Assembly (NCBI GenBank): GCA_020891255.1 | Contig: BQFW01000011.1 | Span: 868,001-932,000 of the forward strand | Length of the DNA stretch: 64,000 bases | Source: Entomortierella parvispora E1425 | Lineage: Eukaryota > Fungi > Mortierellomycota | Reading direction: 5' to 3' | Part shown: positions 1-12,489 of the stretch, piece after piece | Layout: every line of letters starts with the position of its first letter | Position numbering within the stretch: the first letter of the stretch is position 1 | The notes under the pieces: generated by a model | Seen by the model: only the letters and a program-made list of their open reading frames with translations | Told to the model about the DNA's origin: nothing | The model's database searches: none | Made by a program: the position numbers and the translations under genes

Positions 1-1
1 T

Positions 2-154
2 GATCCCAACGCTCATCTGCTGCAGATCTCGGAGAGATTCAGTCTGCTCATCCCGACCACATTCGTTTACCATCAGTCGTCATCTCTAAAGATCGCTGCC
101 GATTTCAGCTACAGTCTCGCCAGGGCACTCCTATCCACAATTGCACATCAATGA
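2..154 (+). CDS. Possible 3' end of a gene entering from outside the window (...FSLLIPTTFVYHQSSSLKIAADFSYSLARALLSTIAHQ*)
   Basis: Frame open from base 2 to TGA at 152-154, followed by T-rich 3'UTR-like sequence convergent with NDUFA4. No motif recognised. Confidence 0.3.
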   Translation, partial: DPNAHLLQISERFSLLIPTTFVYHQSSSLKIAADFSYSLARALLSTIAHQ

Positions 155-693
155 CTCCAAAAGAGGACGAGAGAGGGATTTTTTTTTGCTTCCTGCAGGT
201 TGCGTATTTATTTTGTTATAACGGATACCGGTTAAAATTACAGGTGTCTATGGGTTCATGAACAGGAGGTCTTTGCTACCGCAGAACGAAAGAGGACCAA
301 GGAAAAGAAAAGAACCAAATAGGGCGAAATGAAAGAAAAGAGAAAAAGAGATAAGACCGGTTTTACAAAGTCGTTCCCTTCTCATGTCGGCTTGATCAAG
401 GTCGCAATGAGGTTCTTTTGATCCAGGTTTGGGTTCCTTTGGTTTTCTTTCTTTCTTTTGAATCGATTTCGTTTCTCTTTGATTCCGTTCTTTCTTGGAT
501 GGATTCTTGGGTTCACGGTTCACAAGGAAGTACTCCTGCTGACGATGGATGTTGTTTTTGATGATTGGTTGGATGAAGGGTGTATAATGTCGTTTTTTTC
601 TTGCTGCTGGGTTGGTTTTCGTGGATCGTGAATATTCACGCTGCGTAAAGGCAGGGTATAACTGCTTTTACAGACATTCTTGGGAGAACTGCT

Positions 694-1363
694 TTACAGG
701 CGGTCGCGGGAGTAGGACTTGGTGAAGCCCTGGTTCTCCTTGACGGTCATGAGCTTGAGCTGAGTCTCCTGGTCAATGTGCAACCAAGGGTGGGGGTTGT
801 TGCGGCGATCCCAGGTGACATCGGGACCACGGGCAAGGCGGGTAACGTACCAGGCTAAAGGTGGAAAAAAAGGGGAGGAATGGTTAGATGGACTCTCTTT
901 CTGTTGTGATTGCTCTGTTGTAAAAAAAAAAAAGTGAAGTTGTGCTATTTTTTCATGTGCGTGTTGATTTGATTGATTTGTTTGGGGTGATCCGAGATTT
1001 TCCTTCCTTCCGTTAGGGAAGAGGGAGGGTAAAAAATCAGGCACCAACCAACAAGGGATCACAAGCACTGCACGGACTGTTGTTGTGGCTGTGGACTGGC
1101 TGCTGTGTCTGTGTGCCTATCGCAACGAATGCAGCAGACATGCAGACACATACACACTGGCACACAAGCGGGAGATGGGTGGAGCGATCGAAGTATGGCT
1201 AGGAAGGAGGGGTACTGAGTGAGGAGAGAGAGAGGGGGCAGGGATTCTTACCAGCACCACCGCAAGCAACACCGAGGACGGCGTAGATGGGGATGACCTC
1301 GACACGGAACCAGGTCTGGAACATAGTGGGGGCCTTCTTGGCAGCGTGGGCAGCAGCAGACAT
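694..1363 (-). CDS. NDUFA4: NDUFA4/MLRQ (B12D) family mitochondrial respiratory subunit, about 90 aa; complement(join(694..854,1252..1363))
   Basis: Spliced product MSAAAHAAKK...EVIPIYAVLGVACGGAAWYVTRLARGPDVTWDRRNNPHPW matches the recalled family motif. GTAAGA donor and TTTAG acceptor keep frame (273 nt). Confidence 0.9.
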
Positions 1364-2388
1364 GGTGGATGGAGTGAGTGGAGAGGGTGAGGGGTGGGTT
1401 GAAGAAGAAGAAGAAAAAAGAGAAGAAAAAAAAAAGAGAGTTCCCGTCAGTTTATATATGTTGGATGCGGAGATCGAATGGAGTCTGAAAATGGCGAAAC
1501 GAAGGAAGAGCAAAGACCGACAGGAAGATTGGAAGGACCGCTCTTCTCAAGAATGGCCAAATGCGAAAAAGGCACTTTGTCCTCGGAGGCAAGCGAGAGG
1601 GACAGGATACGTAGCGTGGTATTCTTACTTGGAGAAAGGTCAATGGACAGGTTCAAGACGCCACGCTACGCTACTCGTCGTCATATTGAGGGGCAAATTA
1701 TTGGTCTGATTCCTCCCCGCAGAATCGGACGAGTGATAAGTGGTTGCTGAGTTGGGGTCCTATATGCGAATTGCGTGTGTGTGGGAGTGGCCCCTGACCA
1801 TGTGCTGACTGGTCGTTGACTCTGGTGGTGTCAGATCGAGGAAGGTCGACGGGTCGGAGGGCAAGACGCCGTCTTAAGGGGTTGCGAAACATTGGTTGTC
1901 ATTTGTCTCTTCTGGCTGGCAGCTGCAACGGCGAGTGGTGGGCAGGGGTAAGAAAAAAAAGCTTTCTCGGGGTGGGGTGCTCGGGCAGAAGGTTCTCCCT
2001 GAGGGAATAAGATCGTGGGGTGCATGCACATGTCGCAACACAATTACCAAGGTGCCTCTGAGTCTACATACAGTGGGGAAGAGAGCGGTGCCCCAAGGTG
2101 AGCCTGGCACAAGAGAGAAAGAAAGAACAAAGGAATGTCTGCCTGCAGGGTGCAGGGCTGGTGCACTGAGTCAGGACAAAAATTCTTTTTTGTTGTCTTC
2201 CGCACGTACATGTTCGCACTTTGCTCTTTTCTCCCCTTTTTCGCTACTTGACTCGACTCGACTCGACCAACAAGGACCAACAAGGATCCCAACCCCAACA
2301 AGCTATCAAAGGACAAGAAAGGGACAGGAAAGACACTCCTCAGGACAGACAGCAGCCCCATCTCTCTTCTACATTCAAACTCAAAGTC

Positions 2389-2969
2389 ATGGTGCCAGAG
2401 AAGGATCTCATTCCCCAGGCGGACCATCTGACCGTCTTTTTTGCATCTCAGACCGGCAATGCAGAGTCAATCTCTCGCAACCTTCACGAGCAGGCTATGG
2501 AGCGAGGATTCAAGTCGGCCCACTATATGCTCAACGACCATGCCAAGGTTGACTGGGAGAAGGAAAAGTGCCTTGTCTTTGTGGTCTCCACCACAGGTGA
2601 CGGCGATCCCCCAGATAACTCTACAAAGTTTTGGCGCCACCTGCGCAAGCTCAAGGGTGTAGGTCTTACCAAGGCCAAATATGCCATCCTCGGTGAGTGT
2701 CCCCAACATGTTGCATCTGGATAGCTTCTTCCCTTCAAGAGTGGGCACAGATCTATGCAGAGATTTGGTACGAGTGGTTGGATTTTTTTTTTTTCTAATC
2801 AGATCCTGCTGCGCTTGACTTCATTTTTCTGAATCAAAGGTCTCGGTGATACCAATTACGATAACTTTTGCCAAACGGCCAAGCGACTTGATACCCGCCT
2901 TCAGGAACTGGGGGCTACCTCATTCTATCCTCGTGGCCTTGCGGATGATGCTACTGGGTAAGCGAGCTT

Positions 2970-3003
<34 letters not shown>

Positions 3004-5153
3004 TATATCGTGAATAGACCAATGCGTCATTGTTGACAATGGCCATGCCACCGGATTATGATTTAAAATCTCTCGGATATCCCATTTCTAATTTGCTTTG
3101 GTCCTCATTTTCCCGATGGGATGATAGTCTGGAAGAGACAGTGGACCCTTGGATCAAAAACTTGTGGCCAGCGTTGGCTCACCAGGTCATCTGTGCCCCA
3201 ATGATCCATGATCTCCCCCAGCCCCACCTTAGTGCCGAAGAAGAAAAGGTGGTCAAGGAGCTGATCCACCAGCACGACCTTGAGCCCCATGTTTCCCCCG
3301 CTGTGTCTGCTTCTCCAAAGAAGGTGAATGCCACGGATTCCATGGTGAAGGGCGGCTTTGTCCCTCTAGCCGCAGCAACAACTACTACAGCCACGACGAG
3401 GCCACCAGCATTAGGATCATCGTCAATCTCCAACCTTTCCAAGGGAATGGAGACTCTTGCTGTCAAAGAAAAGGAGGTTATCCCTGTTGTTCCCGCGACT
3501 GGATACAAGGTCGAAGTCGACTTTTCATCTATGGCCAACCATGCCAACCTTACAGCCCTTCCTCGTGTCCCCAACGCCAACCTGAAGATCACAGACGTGA
3601 CCGCCGATAATACCACTGCCACAAAGTCAGCCACGGCGGGATCGATTCCATCTTTTATTCAAACACCCACTCCTCTCCTCTCTGCCAAGATCAACAACGT
3701 ACAGTGTTTGACGCCTGAAGACGCCTTGAAGAGAACGCTCTCGGTCGAGTTTGGCTTTGAGGATGATGTTGATTACGCACCTGGCGATGCTTTCGGAATC
3801 TGGGCACCCAATGACGAGGCGACTGTCTTGGGAGTACTGGCGGCTCTGGGTGTCAAGGAGGAGGAATACCAAAAGCAGGTCAAGCTTGAGGGTGAGGGCA
3901 TTCCTTCTCATCTTCAGCCTGTCCAGTCTGCGACATTGTTGGACATTTTCCGGTATTCTGTGGATTTGACCACCACTCCCAAGAAGGCCAACATTCGACT
4001 CTATGGTGACCACGCGACGGATCTGGTTGAAAAGCAAAAGTTGATGTTTATGGCTTCGAAGCAAGGTGCCGAGGTCTTTAATGCCTTCAGAGCCCAGGGT
4101 CCTTCCTTCTTGGATATTTTGAAGACTTTCCCCTCGATCAAATTGCCTGTGAGCCGTGTCATCGAGACCTTGCCACCTATGCAGCCCAGATATTACTCTA
4201 TTACCAGCTCACCTATGGCCAAGAACGGTCACCGTCGTTGGGCTTGTGCGTTCAACGTGGTGGAGTATGAGCTGCCCGAGGGGGTCAAGCGTCGTGGAGT
4301 CTGCACGCCTTGGTTGGACGAGTTGGTCGGAAAGGTTCCTTTCGGAGCTTCTGTCGCGAACCCCACAAAGACCCGTGTGCCCATGTTCTTGAAGCCCAAT
4401 GAGACAAGGTTCAACCTGCCCACGGATACTCTGAAGCCAGTGATCATGATTGGACCCGGTACTGGAGTGGCGCCGTTCATGGGCTTCTTGGAGCACCGAT
4501 CAGAGCAGCGCAGGATCAAGAAGAGACTTGTAAACATTGGAACAGGACCCCGTCAGCACCTGGATGACCATTTTGGGGACATGTGGCTGTTCTTTGGCTG
4601 CCGTCATCGGGAGCGGGACTGGTTGTTCCGTAAAGAGATGGAGACCTACAAGCAGGAGGGTGTCTTGACAGAGCTGCAATTGGCTGTCAGTCGCGAGGAG
4701 AATGTGCCCAACAGTGGCAAGTATGTACAGGATCTGATCAAGAAGGAGGGTGCCAGACTTTGGAAGCTTTTGGATAAGAAGCAGGCTTTGATCTATGTTT
4801 GCGGGTAAGTCTTCTTTATCTGTTGTTTTCGGGTCACTTTGGATCATTTTACTGATTTGTCGCATGGTTGTTTGGCCTGTTTTCTATTCCCGCTTCTTAG
4901 TGATGCCAAGGGTATGGCCAAGTCTGTCCATGACGAGCTCGTCAATGTCCTTGTGGAGCACGGTGGATTCGAAAAGATGGCTGCCATGATGGAGCTCAAC
5001 AAGTGGGCACAGGAGAAGCGGTACTTGCGCGACCTTGTAAGTATCTCTTTGATGTTCTTTGACTTTGCAGCTGGAGTGTACTGTGAATAGGTCTTTTGCA
5101 TGGTTCTAATATTACTTCTATTTTCCTTCTATTTTTTTTCCTAGTGGGCTTAA
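2389..5153 (+). CDS. MTRR: Methionine synthase reductase (diflavin FMN/FAD/NADPH reductase); join(2389..2692,2840..2957,3128..4804,4901..5036,5145..5153)
   Basis: FMN motifs SQTGNAE, STTGDGDPP, LGLGDTNY and the MTRR-type RLQELGA..FY..GLADD..GLE..V.PWI..LWPAL. Long linker, then RYYSITSS, GVCTPWL, GPGTGVAPF, FFGCRH, YVCGDAKGMA and terminal RYLRDLWA. No N-terminal membrane anchor, so not CPR. Confidence 0.9.
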
Positions 5154-5599
5154 AAAAACACAAACGAACGAAGTCCCTTCTTTCCCTACTTTGCATGTTC
5201 CCTACCCTGTACTTTATCCTGATACAATAGAATGTTGGAATGTTGAAAGCAATCATGGACATGAAAACAAAGTACCCCCTCGTCTCTCCATGATTACGGA
5301 GCAGCAGATGCAATTGATACCATGAACGCTGTGTTTTTTTTCCGAGTCTTGCAGGGTTTTTAATAGAATACATTCGCAGACGATAGGGGAGCTTTAGATG
5401 GCAAGTTACAAATACAAAAAAAAAAAGGGGGGGGGGGGGGGAGTAGCCAAAATGGAGCAAGAGAAGAGAGAGGAGCGAGAGATAGATGACTTAGATTACA
5501 ATTAGAGGGGAAGGGATGGAGGAGAGGGGAATCAATGGAATGTGAGAAAAAGATAAAGAGAGAGAGAGAGGAGATGCTGGTCCTGAAAAGAGCCATCGT

Positions 5600-7737
5600 T
5601 TAGAGCAGAAGCTCTTCTCCTTCGCCCACCACCGTCAAGACCTTGACGGCGGTGGCAGCAATCAGCTGCCAGACCTCGCCTCGGAGCATGATGAGGGCCA
5701 TGACCCAGTACATGAGGGTCTTCATATCCGTCCTCCGCATCTTGTCAGCGCAGGTCTTGACCACCTTGACCACCTTTTGACGCGCACCCTGTTGCGTGGC
5801 CGCGATTCTCATAAAGATGGAGTTGGGTCGAAGAATCAAGCGGTAGAACAATCCACCGCGGGGGTTCTTGGCACTGCTACCAGACTGGCGACTGATGGAC
5901 GAACGATCCTTCCGTGAAAGGGGGTATTGTGTGGGGAGGTCGGAATGAATCGAGGGCGTGATCATGAACGAGGGGATATGAGCGGTCGATTTCGAATGTT
6001 TCAACAACGGTGCCCGCATCGGCGTGGACTTGTTGTTGTTGTTGCCGGCATGGGTTACGGTATTGCTGGGCGTGGTGCCAGAGTAGTTGCTATTCAATTC
6101 AATCACGGGAATCGAGTTGGACCGCGATCGCATCATTGTGGGTCGCAGATTAAGATGTCCAGCGACAGAGGAAGGAGGGGCCATGGGCATCATAGGGGTC
6201 ATGGACAAGAAACCAAGGCCATCGTGAGGTCGCAGACTGGGACTGTGGTGAGGGGTCGACATGGCGTCAAAGTAAATCGAGTCGCAAGAGTTAACCCTGC
6301 TTAATGAGGGCGAAGGAGTTCCAAGCTGAACGCTGAGCATTGGGTAACCAAAGTAATGGAAGGCCTCGCAAGTTTCAGAGTCGCAAGACTGATCGTCGGT
6401 GCCGCCAAAGTCTAAGGGGGATAAAATTGTGTCCATGGTTAGGGATGAAGGAGAAAAACATAGTGAAAACAGCCAATTGATCCTGCATTTTTAAGCACTG
6501 TTCTTTTTTGCGTACCAGTCGAGAGCTCTTCGGGGTCAATGTGCTCCCGGAGCTCTTCCACCGCGGACGGGAACGAAACGCGAGCACGGGCAGACTCGGG
6601 GAGGGCACGCTTCAACATTTGCCAAATGCCACCAAAGACCCAGCTGTAGTTCAGAACGTACACTATTTAAACCGAACCATGGCGAACAACGGGTTAGCAA
6701 TGGGCTCGAAGTGGATTCAGTAGATTGGATAGCTCGGCGGACGACGGGAATAACGGAAATGAGAGAGGGTCACACAGCCTCGTTTGTGAGTGGGTCAAAA
6801 GAATGCGAATTTGTAGTGGCTGTGTCTCTGCGGATCATGGGGACGTTGACGTTTACGCGGTATTCTTGCGCTGCCATGCCCGGTGGTGTGCCTGTCTGTG
6901 TGACCAATGAGATCATTGCACGCCAAGTGTCCACCATGCTATCACCCATATCATCCGCACAGTCCGTATTGCTCCTGCTTCTCCAATTGTCGCCCGCGCA
7001 TTCCTTGCATGTCAACAAAGAAAAAAATAATAATGCGGGAAGACTGAAAGAAGGGAAAAAAAGGTGGGGTTCATACCTTGGGCAAGGCAACTAGGATAGC
7101 GATGCTTCAAAAGATCGATCGTGTAGGTAATGAGCTGGTGGTCGAGGTCCGAGACGGAAGCACCCTGGAGATCGAGGAGAAGCGTTGCCTGCAACGCGTG
7201 CTCCTCTGGAGGGTGTCGTCGGCTGGATTCCCAGAGCAGTTTACGGGTGCACTCCAGCACAAAGATGATGTAGCGCTTGTACTCCAAGAATCGATCTTTT
7301 TCTTGTTTATCTGTTGTCGACTCTGAGCTCTCGTCGTCCTCCACATCGTACTCCTGAGGGGGTGCAGAGATGTATTTGCCCAGTCGAATGGTAATCAAGG
7401 GGTGGCCATATCGGTCCTGACCCTTGAGCTGCACCAGATTGTTGGTCCAAAGGGCGTTGTCCTCGAGGTCTCTTGGAGTGATGTGATCACAGCGCGCATC
7501 GATCCTCCAGGCAAGGTTGGCGACCACGAGGTTGTAGGCTTCCGGAAGGATATAATTGGCCTTCTTCAGGAAGCGAAACAAGGTGATGCGATCGTTGAGA
7601 TAGGCGGTGGCGACATCATGGTCAGGACTCGATGACGGGTACTGTTGCTGAGCCAGATGCTGGAGCTCTGTTACTTGCTGAAAGTGATCCTGGTAAAGCT
7701 CCAGCAGACTGTCGGTTGTCCTTTCTGCGGTGTTCAT
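5600..7737 (-). CDS. CRAL-TRIO (Sec14-like) lipid-binding protein with long disordered C-terminus and terminal hydrophobic helix, about 539 aa; complement(join(5600..6411,6516..6662,7077..7737))
   Basis: Motifs DRITLFRFLKK, LAWR, GQDRYGHPL, LLDLQGAS, RYP...VYVLNYSWVFGGIWQMLKRALP and DFGGT. Splice phases are consistent (1620 nt). Confidence 0.85.
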
Positions 7738-9163
7738 TCTTTGTGTTGTTGCTTGTCTTTATAAAGTGTGGCTGCTGTGGCTGCTGTGGTTCTGGAGTTG
7801 TTTGGTTGATCAGTGGTCAGACAGAGTTGGCGAATGGATGAAAGACAAAAGAATGAAAAAAAAAAAAAGTAAGACTGATGGAAACAAAGAGTAGGGTAGA
7901 CTGGAATGAAAAAGAGGTCGAAGGAATGGAGATCGAGATGGCGAGGTAGGCTGGGCTGAGTATGAAATAGTCGACTTGTCTGGATGTGGCGAGTGCCCGA
8001 GCGATAAAGAGAAAGAAGGAAGTAAAGAGAAAGAAGAAAGGAGAGGGAGAGAAGAAGAAGAAGAAGACGAGAATGCGAAAAGGGGTGGAGAAAGAAAGAA
8101 AGACAAAGACAAAGAGGACAAAGACGACCGAACGAAAAGAGAGACAGACAATCCGACGAGACAAAAAGAGACGAGGCTGAACGGAACGTCATTTCCCGTC
8201 GAGTCGGTGATTGGCATGTGAAAGGGGCGCGCGCGTGGTGTGTGTGTGTTCCTTGTGTTCATTCAGAGTGTGCATTCAGAGTGTTCCTTTTTTTTTTAGT
8301 GTTCGGCACACTCCACCCTCGATCCCTCGATCGGGTGAGTGTCCCTTTTTTCTTCTTTTCTCTCTTTCTCCTCTCTCCCATCTCCCTCTCTCCCTCTCTG
8401 TCTGAACAAACAACAGCTCAGGGCTCATCCTCTCTCTCTCTCTCTCGCCTGGGCGGACCTGTGTGTTTCTGTGCCTCGTTTTCTTATCGGTTGCTCTCTG
8501 TTTTTGTTCTCTCTGTCTTTCTTTCTTTCTTTGTGCACAACATCCCCGCCGTCTTGTCCTTGTTTTTTTCTTCCTAGGCCCTGGCATGTGCAAATTTTTC
8601 ATCTTTTTTTTTTTTTTTTTTTTTTTTTTTTGGTTTTCTTGTTACGCCTTCAACTCTTTCGCTCGTCTCCCTCCCTTCGTTGACGAGAGTGTGGGAAACA
8701 GACAGCTGTATGGCTGTATGGCTGTATGGAATCCATAGATCATCTTGTCTGTGCAACCATGTTTCTTCACCCCTACCTCGGCAAATGTCTTTACCCTTGC
8801 AGATAGCCACGTTTTTTCTTTGTCAACCTCGGTGGTTCCAATCCATCTCTATTTGATCAGGGTTCTTTTTTTTTTTTTTTTTTTTTCTCTCCTCAAAGGT
8901 ATCTTTGAAATCAGTAGGGCCGTTGTTGCCATGATGCAACGCTACAGGTAACCATTGATATTTAGTACAACCAAAACGGCATGCCGTTCAGCCCCTTTAT
9001 TGAGAGAACGTGGGACGAGGAGTGCAGCCCATTGTTCTTTTCCTCATCTGCATGCATAGCACCCAGCGATGACCCTGCCCCCCAGGAAGCCGTTCCAGGA
9101 AAGCAGTGCGCCTTCTACGGAAAGGCGCAAGGGTGGACGGTCGTTCTCGTCTTGTTTCCATAG

Positions 9164-10172
9164 TCACTTTGACATTTTGGACCGTACACGTTTTTGCTCA
9201 CGGGTAACGCTCTTTGAGACAACAAAGTTCTCCGTGGAGTGCATGCCAGTGGGCGGACATTTGTTCTCGAGCAGATGGCGCCCTGCCACTTCGATGAGGC
9301 AGATCCCGCGCGCAGATGCACACAGGGTGCTTACCAACGCCATCAGCGGACGGTGAGCATCCCTCCTGTTCATCGTGGATCAAAGTCTTCAAATCCTTCA
9401 AGGAAAGAACGTGATGCTGTTCGACAAATGCATGAAAGGAAGAGCGTACATAACGACTCAAACAAAACTAAGAAAAAAAACCACTGATGTTCTGCCTCAT
9501 ACCATGTCCTGTTTACAATCGTCTTTATATCGCGTGTCAACGACATCTGTTGGTTCATCATCATCCAGATTGGAACTACAGTCCGTACCCTCTAAAACAT
9601 CCAGGGGTAGAAGAAAAAATATGTAAATATGTTTGTCAAAACAGTTCAGGGAGCGGACGAAAGCAATTCCAAAAAAAAAAAAAAAAAGAGAATATTGTTG
9701 GTGCCTGTGCGAGAAACCTCAGCTCTTGGTTGAAAATTCTGTGACAATGATGCAGTGCCGGGACGCGAGGTTCCTGGAGTAATCTCACGCCTGGCAGCTT
9801 GAATTAGACCTGCGTCTGTAGTATCTGGTAGGGCGCTGCAGATCAGTACTGAGAGTAAAGAAGTGTAAGAACAGCACCTGTTCCAACAATTACCTAGATT
9901 TTCTGGATCTTCCGAGTCAAGGAGTGTTTGGGAAGCGGCGTCCAAAAGTCCTGGATTGAGCCATCATCTTTGTGTTTGTTCCAGAGATGTTTCATTAAAT
10001 CTGAACGGTTGCTCCATTCCGCCGTCGATTGTGCCCTGTTTATTAAAGATGTGTACGCGGAGTGCGCTCTTCGCTTGTCCTCTTGCGACGTATAGTCCTT
10101 CCACCTGAAAAATGTAACTGGGTCCAAGTCATCGTTCTCAAGGAACGCAATGTTGTCATCTTCGGTTGTCAT
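9164..10172 (-). pseudogene. Decayed multi-exon gene of unknown family
   Basis: Protein-like segments (MTTEDDNIAFLENDDLDPVTFFRWKDY...; DVVDTRYKDDCKQDM; RYVRSSFHAFVEQHHVLSLKDLKTL) with GTAATT/GTATGA/GTAAGC donors and a TATA-like TATATAA near 10215. They cannot be joined without a stop/frameshift near 9897 and an implausibly short 35-nt intron. Confidence 0.3.
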
Positions 10173-10264
10173 TCTAGGGGCGTGTGCAAAATTGAAGAGT
10201 CACCCACCATGTTATTATATAATTACTCATTGTTCGCATCGTATATATATCGTTCCTCATGTGT

Positions 10265-10570
10265 TCGCCGCCTCTGCCCCATGACCGAAGTCAAAACCAA
10301 CACGACCAACCTCAGTTGTTGCAATCGGCAACAAAAGGGCAGTGGACACGTACTAAAAGGGAGTACATGAACTTTGGCAGCGACAGAGGGAGCCGAAGGT
10401 CAACTACGAACAAGAGATAACTCGCCGCCTCTGCCCCATGACCGAAGTCAAAACCAACACGACCAACCTCAGTTGTTGCAATCAGCAACAAAAGGGCAGT
10501 GGACACGTACTAAAAGGGAGTACATGAACTTTGGCAGCGACAGAGGGAGCCGAAGGTCAACTACGAGCAA
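10265..10570. repeat. Direct tandem duplication, period 157 bp
   Basis: 10265-10413 matches 10422-10570 with 2 mismatches in 149 nt (10327/10484, 10410/10567). Confidence 0.95.
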
Positions 10571-10772
10571 CTCTGGTAAAATGGTGAAATAAGACGGTGA
10601 GCGGATGACATTACCTGAGGATTGTCAAGTTTCGTGGACGTGGTGTTGGAGAGAGAAGAACGTGGTGACGCAGGATGGGCAGGGATGGGAGGAACAATCG
10701 GGATGGGAAGATACATGTCACGTGACCATTCTTTCGTTTATGTTTGTTGTATTGTTACAAAAGCATACTTCA

Positions 10773-12265
<1,493 letters not shown>

Positions 12266-12489
12266 GGTGTGAGTCTGCGGAAGGAGGAGGTGTGGGGGCC
12301 AAAAAACAAAAAAGAGCGGAAAAGAAGGTGTGCATGCACACAGTGTCGGCGGGCCGCATCCGCTTTTGGGTGTGCCCATCTCGGAAAAAAAAACGGTCAC
12401 GTGTTGCATGCATGCATGGATCATTCGATGGTGAAGGGAACTTGGCGTCTGTTTATTGTTTGCAATTTGCACCATCCACACGTGGGCGA

